From the NCBI GenBank assembly GCA_025459355.1, contig JALOQS010000019.1, positions 8,463-72,462 of the forward strand: DNA of 64,000 nt, in the 5' to 3' direction. Made by a program: the position numbers and the translations under genes. The first letter of the stretch is position 1. Every line of letters begins with the position of its first letter. This document shows, piece by piece, positions 1-8,366 of the stretch. Source of the DNA: Pirellula sp. GTDB lineage: Bacteria; Planctomycetota; Planctomycetia; Pirellulales; Pirellulaceae. Below the pieces are notes generated by a model. It was not told the origin of the DNA and ran no database searches. It saw only the letters and a list, made by a program, of their open reading frames with translations.

Positions 1-2
1 CG

Positions 3-260
3 ATTCAGGAGGGAGATGGAACTTTACTAGACAACACCATGATCGTGTTTGGGTCGAGCATGTCAGATGGAAACAGGCATGATCCAGACAATTTGCCCAT
101 TTTGGTTGGTGGGCGAGGAGGTGGTGCGCTGCAGACGGGCCAGCACATCGCCGTGGAGGGGATGGTGCCGCTTTGTAATTTGTACTTGTCCATGTTGCAC
201 AAGTTAGGAATCGAGGTAGAACAGTTTGGCGACAGCGATGGCGTTATCGCTGGGATCTAG
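3..260 (+). CDS. DUF1552 family protein, C-terminal part (truncated at window start)
   Basis: Frame is open from position 3: IQEGDGTLLDNTMIVFGSSMSDGNRHDPDNLPILVGG...LSMLHKLG...FGDS, which is the typical DUF1552 C-terminus. Confidence 0.8.
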   Translation: MQEGDGTLLDNTMIVFGSSMSDGNRHDPDNLPILVGGRGGGALQTGQHIAVEGMVPLCNLYLSMLHKLGIEVEQFGDSDGVIAGI

Positions 261-284
261 AGATTCGACTAACGAGGGGTAACC

Positions 285-629
285 ATGGCGGAGACGATTT
301 TTTCCAAAATCATTCGGGGGGAGATACCGGCCAAGATCGTGCATGATGACGAGCTTTGCCTAGCATTTCATGATGTCTCGCCGCAAGCTCCGGTGCATGT
401 ACTGGTAATTCCCAAGAAGCCGATCGAATCTCTTGAGCACGCCAGCGATGAGGACGTTGCGGTGCTAGGTCATCTACAAATCGTGGCGCAGCGAGTGGCA
501 CGAAGTTTGGGAATTAGCGAATCCGGATATCGAGTTGTAATGAACTGCGGCAGAGACGGCGGTCAATCGGTTCATCACATCCACTATCACGTGTTGGGGG
601 GCCGTCCGTTAGCTTGGCCGCCTGGGTGA
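285..629 (+). CDS. Histidine triad (HIT/HinT) nucleotide-binding protein
   Basis: Motifs [33 protein letters not shown] and terminal WPPG; GAGGGG RBS upstream. Confidence 0.95.
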   Translation: MAETIFSKIIRGEIPAKIVHDDELCLAFHDVSPQAPVHVLVIPKKPIESLEHASDEDVAVLGHLQIVAQRVARSLGISESGYRVVMNCGRDGGQSVHHIHYHVLGGRPLAWPPG

Positions 630-632
630 GTA

Positions 633-681
633 GTAAGGTGTAAGGTGTAAGGTGTAAGGTGTAAGGGGTAAGGGGTAAGGC
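633..681. repeat. Heptamer tandem repeat, 7 copies of GTAAGGN
   Basis: 4x GTAAGGT, 2x GTAAGGG and 1x GTAAGGC, starting directly after the HIT stop codon. Confidence 0.95.
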
Positions 682-691
682 GGCATGCAAT

Positions 692-722
692 AAAAAACGG
701 CTCGGGGGAGCCGAGCCGTTTT
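692..722. terminator. Bidirectional rho-independent terminator
   Basis: AAAACGGCTCGG-GGGAG-CCGAGCCGTTTT hairpin between convergent genes, with A/T tracts on both sides. Confidence 0.85.
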
Positions 723-749
723 GGTTCTTTTTCGTTTAGACGGGCTAGT

Positions 750-2595
750 TTACTTGCCGCAACCGCAGCCACAGCCGCCGTTGCTCGTATGCTGCACGCC
801 ACCGCAGCCACAACCGCCGTTGTTCGGTGCTGCGAGAGGTACTGCTCCTTGAACGCCGCAGCCATAACCATTCCCGCTGCTAGCCGAGCCGTTTACGGTT
901 GTGCATGGGTTAAAAGTGTAAGCAACAAGCTTGGGAACCATCTTGCAGACTTGGACCTGAACCTCTTTGGTTACGGGCACTTGTACGCTAACAACATAAT
1001 CCTCGACAACATCTTCGACTACCGTTTCCATACGTGTTGCCGTGAATGGCTCCACGACTTGTTGAACGTCGTTGATGGTATAGGAAACATCTTTGGTGCG
1101 TTTTTCTGTTCGGTAGCTAACGACTGGATAAACCTCTTCTTTAGCTTGCGTCTTGTAGTTTACAACTTTGCGGGTACGCGTACGCTCTTCATCGACGTAG
1201 TTCACGACCTTGCGAGCGCGAGTACGATCTTCGCTAACGTAGTCCACGACTTTCTTGGAGCCTGTTCTGGTTTCAGGACGGTAAACCAGATAGGTGCATT
1301 CGTAAGGAACTTCGGTCGTTTGTTGTTCGTAAACGGTGTAGGCCATTTCTTCGTTGACCACTTCGTTCGTGGCAACTTGGATTTCTTCTGTCACCACGTT
1401 AGGAACCCAAACGCGACGAGTGGTGGTCACCGGGGCGGATTGAACCATCGTTCCAGAAGCCGTGTTGCATGCGTCCGCGGCAGCCATACCGAGAGTCACA
1501 GTTCCGTTTGGCATACAACCGTTCGAAGCGACGGATGAATGAAGGTTTCCGCCACAACCGCAGTTACTGGAACAGCCGGTGGAGCACGATGGAACCGCAC
1601 GGCGACCGCAACGAACGCGAGGTGCGCATCGGTTGGACGCAGCAGCGGGAGCACACGCCGACGCGCCCGATACAAACATTGACGATCCACAACCGCCACC
1701 AACAACGGCGCTGGAAACGTTTCCGCAGCCACCATTGGTTGTAACGCCGGAAACCGAGTAGCTGGAGCCGGCGACTTCTTCGACGACAGTTTCCCAGTGA
1801 CCGTAGTCCTTGGTTACTGTTTGGGTCGTGTATTTAGGAACTGTTCGTTGCACCGTTCTAGTCTTGACGACAGGAACCGCATTGGTCACCGTTTGCAACT
1901 TGGTACGTAAAGGTTTCATCGCGGAGCCGAGGAACCTTGACTTGGTATGTTTCTTGAACTTCCGAAATGGATGGTACTTTGACTTTGTAAGTTTCCGTAA
2001 CATCGGACCATTCTGGGACCGTGACGTTAACGGTCACGGTTTTTGTAGATTGCTCGGGGACCAACACCGAGTACTCCACCGTTTTGGTTTCGGTGCGAGG
2101 AACGGTAACCGACTTAATACGATAGTCTTCGTAGGTCACCGGGACTGTTCTAGAAACTTGGCGAACACGTTGCCGGGTTTCTTGTTTCGTCTCGGTTGTG
2201 TTGACGTATTGTGTTTCTGTAACAAAGGTAGACTCCATGACCGTTCTGTAGCCAGTGATCGGCTCGCAGAGGACTTGAGGGGCAGGTGTGAGAACCTGAG
2301 CACTCGGAGCTACCTGAATCGCAGGAGCCATCACAGTGGGAGTTGCATAGACAACGCCGGTGCAAGCGGCAGGGGCGTAATACGCATTGCCAGCGTAGGA
2401 GCCGTCAGCCCCGACGTATCCGCAAACGTTGACGCTAGGTTGAGCCAAGCTAGGGCCGCAGACGGGAGCGTGGGATGCAACATGTCGAGGTCGGCACGGG
2501 TCGCTACAGCCACCGCATCGAAAACCTGCGTTTGAAATGTTTCCGAGCGCGAGCACTAGTGGCAGGGCCGCGTAAAATCGAAGTCGATGTTTCAT
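750..2595 (-). pseudogene. Secreted Cys-rich YTV-type repeat envelope protein, split by a frameshift near 1895 (ORFs 1858-2595 and 750-2003)
   Basis: Signal peptide MKHRLRFYAALPLVLALG. Val/Thr/Tyr/Pro repeats (YSVLVP, YKVKVP, YQVKVP, YTV) continue across the two frames, with CGCG-rich middle and C-terminal blocks. The break could be an assembly error. Confidence 0.7.
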
Positions 2596-2850
2596 CCAGA
2601 TATCTCCAACAAGTTCGAAAAAAACGATAATCAGGAATTTTCAGGTTATTCCGATGATGCGACTCTAGTTGCCAATCCTTTCGGGTCAAGTTTTGACTTG
2701 CTGGGAGGAGGTTTTTTGGGTGGAATCGTTGATAATCCCGGGGGATCGGGAGAAAACTGAGATATAGAACCTGAAAATCGACGATACGATAGCACTGCTT
2801 TATCGCGCACTTCGTTTTCCAGGCTCAATTCAACCGACATTTCAAACCCG

Positions 2851-4194
2851 ATGAAACCTAGTAAGCAACCGGATTATCGCAGACATCTAAAAGTCATCTG
2901 CATGGTTTTCTTTGTGGGTTGGCCCTCGCTGACGATCGGGCAAGAGGCAACCAATTCTCAGTCTGCGGGGGGCGAGCCAAAAGCGGCCAGCGTCCCAACC
3001 AGTTCGATGCAGTGGACGGAGCCAATGGTGTCGCGGGTGGAGCTAAGGCTAACCATCGGTGAAAAAGAGGTGGATGTTATCGAGCGAGGAGATTTGGTGA
3101 CGATCCTCGAAGACCGAGGCGAACGATTTCTGGTGCGAACGTTTCGAGGCGTAAAGGGAGTTGTTGAAAAGGTTAATCTTTTGAGCCTTGCAGAATCGGT
3201 CGAGGTTTATGACGAGTTGATCAAATCGCAGCCCGAGGTCGGGCGGTTGTATACGTTGAGAGCTGGAGCGCAATGGGCCCGTGGAGCTGGCGAGGCAGCA
3301 CTCAAAGATTTCGACGAAGCCATTCGGCTCGGCTACGACACAGCCAATGCGTTTTCGAGTCGAGCTCTTTTTCTCGCGGCAACGGGAGAGCATCAAAAAG
3401 CCGTAGCGGACTTTTCCGAAGCCATGAAAAAGGGAGAAAAGACCGAGGCCAACTACATCAACCGAGCTGCGTCTCATATGCAGTTAAATCAACTCGATGA
3501 TGCCATCGCCGATTACTCGGAAGCATTAGCGTTGAACGAGAAGAATGCAGGTATCCTGCAACAACGAGCTACCGCGTACAAAGTCAAAGGGGATCTGGAA
3601 AAAGCGATAGAGGACTTTTCAAAGGCGATCGAACTGGCCCCCAAATTTATTCCGGCGATCATGGGGCGAGGGTACATTTATTTTCAGCAGGGAGATCACT
3701 CCAAGGCGATTGAAGACTTTTCCAAAGTGATCGAGCTAAACAATCGCGCTTCGGTAGCCTACAACAATCGTGGTTACAACTGGCAATTGATGGGCAAAGA
3801 AAAAGAAGCATTGGTCGACTTTGAAAAGTCGGTCGAGTTGGAACCAGAGTATGCACTCGCGCACCAGAATTTGGCGTGGCTTCTTGCTACTTGCAATGAC
3901 AAAACATTGCGAAATCCAAAGCGAGCGATCGAGTCTGCGACCAAGGCTTGCGAACTAAACCAATACAACGATTTGAGCGACATGGCTGCGTTAGCGGCAT
4001 CGCATGCTGCCGCCGAGCAGTTTGATCTAGCGATCGGCATACAAGAGAAGATTGTCGAGCGAGCTCCTCAAGAGCAAAAATCGCTGGCCAAGAAATTGCT
4101 GGAGCTTTACAAAGAGAATAAACCGTTTGATCCTCAAGTTGGGTCGGAGACATCGGCAGGTAAATCGTCCCTCGAAACACCGTCAAAAGAATGA
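2851..4194 (+). CDS. Exported tetratricopeptide repeat protein
   Basis: Hydrophobic N-terminal segment, multiple TPRs (AYNNRG, AIEDFSKAIEL) and an NLAWLLAT...AIESATKACEL C-terminal motif. Confidence 0.9.
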   Translation: MKPSKQPDYRRHLKVICMVFFVGWPSLTIGQEATNSQSAGGEPKAASVPTSSMQWTEPMVSRVELRLTIGEKEVDVIERGDLVTILEDRGERFLVRTFRGVKGVVEKVNLLSLAESVEVYDELIKSQPEVGRLYTLRAGAQWARGAGEAALKDFDEAIRLGYDTANAFSSRALFLAATGEHQKAVADFSEAMKKGEKTEANYINRAASHMQLNQLDDAIADYSEALALNEKNAGILQQRATAYKVKGDLEKAIEDFSKAIELAPKFIPAIMGRGYIYFQQGDHSKAIEDFSKVIELNNRASVAYNNRGYNWQLMGKEKEALVDFEKSVELEPEYALAHQNLAWLLATCNDKTLRNPKRAIESATKACELNQYNDLSDMAALAASHAAAEQFDLAIGIQEKIVERAPQEQKSLAKKLLELYKENKPFDPQVGSETSAGKSSLETPSKE

Positions 4195-4499
4195 AAATTG
4201 TCATTGCGGTCGTTCGCCCCTACGTCGCCGAATCACTCCTTCAAAACCTGAGGCTGGCCCCTTTGGAAGCCTTGCAGGTAGCGGAAGTCAAAGGATTTGG
4301 ACGACAAAAAAGTTACTTGGATCAGTATTCGTCGACGGAGTATTCTCTCGCATTTCTGCCTAAGATCGAGATCACCATGTTTGTCGATGATATGCGAGTT
4401 GAAGAAGTGCTGAGGGTTATCGTTGAAACCTCGCGAAGTGGTAGAATGGGGGACGGAAAAGTTATCGTTCTCAATGCGGATGATCGCACACCTACCTAA
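4191..4499 (+). CDS. Divergent P-II family signal transduction protein
   Basis: EVKGFGRQK, T-loop ending EY..FLPKIEI, and GDGKV; ATGA overlap with the TPR gene. Confidence 0.9.
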   Translation: MKIVIAVVRPYVAESLLQNLRLAPLEALQVAEVKGFGRQKSYLDQYSSTEYSLAFLPKIEITMFVDDMRVEEVLRVIVETSRSGRMGDGKVIVLNADDRTPT

Positions 4500-4510
4500 G
4501 ACCCCTGCTA

Positions 4511-5719
4511 ATGATTTGTCCTTTTTGTTCACTCTTGTGTGATGGCACGCAAACGATTACCGACTGTGCGCTCCGAAATAGATTTTTGGAAAACGTTCGA
4601 ATCCGAGACGAATTAGGTGATACGAATCCAATCCAAACTGGTAAAGCCACAAGCTGGATAAACGAATCAAAATCGATCTTGATCACGGGCCGAATCGTGT
4701 CCGTAGAATCGTCGCGAGCAGCCCTGTCCTTTGCGAAATGCATCGGCGGAGTCATTGATTGCTCGGATAGTGAGGTGACCATGGATGTTGCCTCGGCGAT
4801 GAGCAAGACGGGCGGTTGCTCGGTATCGATAGCGGAAGTCCGCGATTTAAGTGATGTGATTATTGTTTTGGGGGATGATGGCCTTCTAGACCGTTTTCCT
4901 AAACTGGCGAGCTCGTTAGCAAAGCGGGATCGTGCGCCAAGGATTGTTTTGCTTGGGAAGCAAACGTCAAAATCATTTGAGTTTTGGCAACAGATTTCTG
5001 CAAAAGTGTCGGCTTTCGATTGCGATATGGAACGCATACCAGAGGCCTTAAACAGTTTTTTCTTGTTGCAAAACCAATCCGTGTCTGAAGATTCGTTTCC
5101 GGATGTTGGGTCGAGTGCTCTGTTTCAAGAGCTCGGTGAAGCCAATTACATCAGTCTCGTTTGGGCACCGAATTCGCTTGGTTCGTATTCGACGGAATCG
5201 AAGGGGCGAGCCGCTTGGATCGAGAGGTTGTTGGAGCATCAAGTGGAATGGAATGAGCTTAGACGAGTTGGATCGCTGGCGCTATCGGGACAAGATGCGG
5301 TATTTCAACAGGTCTGTTTGTGGACAACAGGCTACCCTGGACGGATATCGTTTGGTAAAGATTCCGTGGAATTCGATCCTGCCGCCAACAGCGTTAGGCG
5401 TTGGATTGCGGAGAACAGAAATGCGCCCGATGCGTTGCTGATAGAGGTCGATGAAACGGCCCATCAAGAAAACGATTGGCTCGAATCGCAGCTAGTGGGC
5501 TTTCAAGGAAAACGTATCCGCGCTTCGTTGTTCCATCGCCCTGAAACCAAAAACGAATTAGCATTCCTACATCTACCGACACAGATTGCAGGTTTCGATA
5601 GGCCTGCTGACATGCTTAGAGCGGATCAAACCGTGCTAGCGCGAGTTCCCGAAGAGCGGTCGCTGAGTTCGACTACAGCACGATCGCTGACACAATGGTT
5701 GGAGGCTTTGTCTCAATGA
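4511..5719 (+). CDS. fhcB: Formyltransferase/hydrolase complex subunit B (FwdB/FmdB-like)
   Basis: N-terminal CPFCSLLCD, EVRDLSDVIIVLG, QVCLWTTGYP and RAD near the C-terminus; translationally coupled to fhcA. Confidence 0.75.
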   Translation: MICPFCSLLCDGTQTITDCALRNRFLENVRIRDELGDTNPIQTGKATSWINESKSILITGRIVSVESSRAALSFAKCIGGVIDCSDSEVTMDVASAMSKTGGCSVSIAEVRDLSDVIIVLGDDGLLDRFPKLASSLAKRDRAPRIVLLGKQTSKSFEFWQQISAKVSAFDCDMERIPEALNSFFLLQNQSVSEDSFPDVGSSALFQELGEANYISLVWAPNSLGSYSTESKGRAAWIERLLEHQVEWNELRRVGSLALSGQDAVFQQVCLWTTGYPGRISFGKDSVEFDPAANSVRRWIAENRNAPDALLIEVDETAHQENDWLESQLVGFQGKRIRASLFHRPETKNELAFLHLPTQIAGFDRPADMLRADQTVLARVPEERSLSSTTARSLTQWLEALSQ

Positions 5720-7368
5720 TCACCCGATTGCGAAACGGCTATTTGCTTGACGGATCACAAAGCAAACAAGCGGATCTGTATCTTGCTGGCGGATTGATAC
5801 AACATTCCGTCCAACCGGAGTCTCGAATTGATGCTGATTACGATGTTGAGAACTGCGTGATTGCACCAGGGGCTATTGATTTGCATACGCACATTGGCGG
5901 TGGCAAGATCAACTTGGCTCGACTTCTGTTGCCCGATTTGGTAAAGCATCCCAGCCATTTGACCGTCCAGGAGCATGGCGTCAAACCACTCAGTGCACCG
6001 GTGCCAACATCGTGGGAGACGGGTCTGAGGTATTTGCAAATGGGCTACACCACATGTTTCGAACCAGCTGTGTTGCCAGCCAATGCGAGAATGGCCCATT
6101 CGGAAATGTCGGATATTCCCTGGTTAGATACTGGTGGATATTTGTTGCTCGGTAACGATCGGTTGTTGTTGAACTGGATTGCGTCGGGAGTTCCGCAGAG
6201 TCAGATCACGGCGTATGTCGGTTGGATGCTCAAGGCGCATCAATGTTGTGGCATCAAAGTGGTCAACGCAGGGGGGATCGATGCTTTTAAGTTTAATGCG
6301 AGGCAGCTCGATGTTGATGACACGCATCCTCGGCTTCCCATTACGCCGCGAACGGTATTGAGAGTTCTCTCGCAAGCGGTCGAGGAACTGGGGGTGACGC
6401 ATCCGCTCCACGTACACTGCAGCAATCTGGGGGTTCCCGGTAACATCGAGTCGACGCTGGCAACGTTGGATGCGGTCGAGGGCCGACGCATCCATTTGAC
6501 ACATGCTCAGTATCATTGTTATGGCAAAGAAGGAAAGCATGGATTCAGCTCGGAAGCGTATCGACTAGCTGAATATGTGAACTGGAATCCGCAGGTATCC
6601 ATCGACATCGGACAGGTGATTTTTGGACAAACCGTAACGCTGTCGGCGGATTCGATGCATCAGTTTGAAAATCGAAAACTCGCAAAGCCGAAGAAGGTCA
6701 TTTTTCAGGACTTGGAGTGTCAAGCTGGCTGCGGGGTTGTTCCGTTTCGCTATCGTCACGAACAATTTGTGCATGGATTGCAATGGACCATTGGGCTGGA
6801 ATTGAGCCTTAGAATTCTGGATGCTTCTCGTGTCTTTTTGACAACCGATCATCCCAACGGCGGGCCCTTTACAGCTTATCCGCATCTTATCCGATTGCTC
6901 ATGGACTACGACTACAGGATGTCGATTTTTGATCAATTGCATCCGGATGTAAAAGAGATGAGTCCTCTGCCATCGCTGAAGCGAGAATATAGTTTGCAAG
7001 AGATCATTACCATGACGCGAACTGGTCCTGCTCGGAGCTTAGGGCTTGCTGATAGAGGGACACTGCAATCGGGAGCGATTGGCGATGTGGTTGTCTACGA
7101 ACGGGATTCGAACATTGAGAACATGTTCTCCAAGCCTCGAATGGTGTTTAGGCGAGGAGCGTTGGTTTACCGAAACGGAGAGTCGTTGCAGGGTTGCGAG
7201 AAGTCGACTGTCATCGCAGTTCCGGAGACCGATGCACAATTTGAATCCTGGATCGCGCCGCAATGGCGAGACCAATACGGCTACGATATCGCAATGGTGA
7301 AAATATCACGAGACGAGCTTCTAGAGCGGGGGCGTCACATAACGCTCGCGAAACTCAGGGCAAACTAG
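5716..7368 (+). CDS. fhcA: Formyltransferase/hydrolase complex subunit A (formylmethanofuran amidohydrolase, FwdA-like)
   Basis: DLHTHIGGG, GYTTCFEPA, GIKVVNAGG, HVHCSNLGVPGN and TTDHPNGGPF; ATG at 5716 with a GGAGG RBS and ATGA overlap. Confidence 0.92.
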   Translation: MITRLRNGYLLDGSQSKQADLYLAGGLIQHSVQPESRIDADYDVENCVIAPGAIDLHTHIGGGKINLARLLLPDLVKHPSHLTVQEHGVKPLSAPVPTSWETGLRYLQMGYTTCFEPAVLPANARMAHSEMSDIPWLDTGGYLLLGNDRLLLNWIASGVPQSQITAYVGWMLKAHQCCGIKVVNAGGIDAFKFNARQLDVDDTHPRLPITPRTVLRVLSQAVEELGVTHPLHVHCSNLGVPGNIESTLATLDAVEGRRIHLTHAQYHCYGKEGKHGFSSEAYRLAEYVNWNPQVSIDIGQVIFGQTVTLSADSMHQFENRKLAKPKKVIFQDLECQAGCGVVPFRYRHEQFVHGLQWTIGLELSLRILDASRVFLTTDHPNGGPFTAYPHLIRLLMDYDYRMSIFDQLHPDVKEMSPLPSLKREYSLQEIITMTRTGPARSLGLADRGTLQSGAIGDVVVYERDSNIENMFSKPRMVFRRGALVYRNGESLQGCEKSTVIAVPETDAQFESWIAPQWRDQYGYDIAMVKISRDELLERGRHITLAKLRAN

Positions 7369-8366
7369 GTTGTGGTAGCCAGTCCATTCTCAGGTCGATA
7401 AAGAACGCTCGGGTGTGGAAAGCCTAGCTTTTTGTCGACGATGTTGAATAGTGGTTGACCAGCAAAGTAGCGTTGCAGATTCAGGCATATCAAATCGGTG
7501 GTATCGTCCGTTCGGCGTTTCGCTTGTGCACCAACGTGAGGTGTGATGAGCACGTTAGGAAAGTCCCAAAGAGGGCTGCTTGCGGGAAGCGGTTCGATAT
7601 CGGTGACATCCAGTCCAGCGCCAGCGAGGTGGCCGCTGGCGAGTGCATTGCAAAGGTGTGATTCGTGGATGCAACTACCTCGTGCCACGTTAATCACGTA
7701 CGATCCCTTTGGCATGATTGAGAAAACCGACTCGTCAACACATCCACGCGTCGAAGCATTCAGCGGCAGCGTCAGAATGAGAATCTCGGACCAGCGTGCC
7801 AAATCGGGCAAAGCGGTATGAGGTAGCAGTTCTGATACTTGAGGGGGCTTGTTTTCAGGAAAAAAATCGGTGGCTCGGATTTGATTCGTATAGGGTGCGA
7901 GGACCTCTACCAATCGCCGTCCGTTGCCGCCCAAGCCCACGATACCGATCCTCTTGCCATGTAGATCATCGGTGGGTCTGCGGATAAACTCTTTGCGCTG
8001 CCATTGTCGATAGAAAATCGGAATCCCACGCAATAGTCCTAGCAGCAATGCGAGTGTTTGCTCCGCGACTTGATTAGCAAAAAGTCCCGATGCGCTGCAG
8101 ACGGTAATGGGGCTCGCAATGACCGATTGTGCTAGGCAATGATCCAAACCCGCTGCAGACGATTGAATAAACTTAAGCTTGCCAGCCGCGACGACGGCGT
8201 CCCAGTTCACAGGAACTTTGGCGTGGCCTACAAAAATGTCCGCCTCAAAGATCTTTTCGGGAATTGTTTCTTGTGAGGCTTCGATGAAGCGGCAGTTCGG
8301 TGCCGCTTGTTGCATACGAGCACGATGCTTATCCTCGACTGGAAAGCAGTAAACGATGTCGGTCAC
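7365..8366 (-). CDS. D-2-hydroxyacid dehydrogenase (NAD-binding)
   Basis: GIVGLGGNG, INVARG, GLDVTDIEPLP and ITPHVG motifs. Confidence 0.92.
   Translation of the reverse strand: MTDIVYCFPVEDKHRARMQQAAPNCRFIEASQETIPEKIFEADIFVGHAKVPVNWDAVVAAGKLKFIQSSAAGLDHCLAQSVIASPITVCSASGLFANQVAEQTLALLLGLLRGIPIFYRQWQRKEFIRRPTDDLHGKRIGIVGLGGNGRRLVEVLAPYTNQIRATDFFPENKPPQVSELLPHTALPDLARWSEILILTLPLNASTRGCVDESVFSIMPKGSYVINVARGSCIHESHLCNALASGHLAGAGLDVTDIEPLPASSPLWDFPNVLITPHVGAQAKRRTDDTTDLICLNLQRYFAGQPLFNIVDKKLGFPHPSVLYRPENGLATTT

Noticed and set aside
633-681. CRISPR-like or telomere-like repeat
   Set aside because: The 7-bp units have no spacers, there are no cas genes, and the tract is internal; it is a simple tandem repeat.
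789-2535. Long plus-strand ORFs 789-1538 and 1810-2535
   Set aside because: They are antisense shadows of the biased-codon YTV-type gene and show no protein-like features.
4511-7368. Methanogen-type formylmethanofuran dehydrogenase (CO2 fixation)
   Set aside because: Subunit B lacks the Mo/W-ligating Cys/Sec and no fwdD/F/G is nearby; the bacterial Fhc-type assignment fits better.
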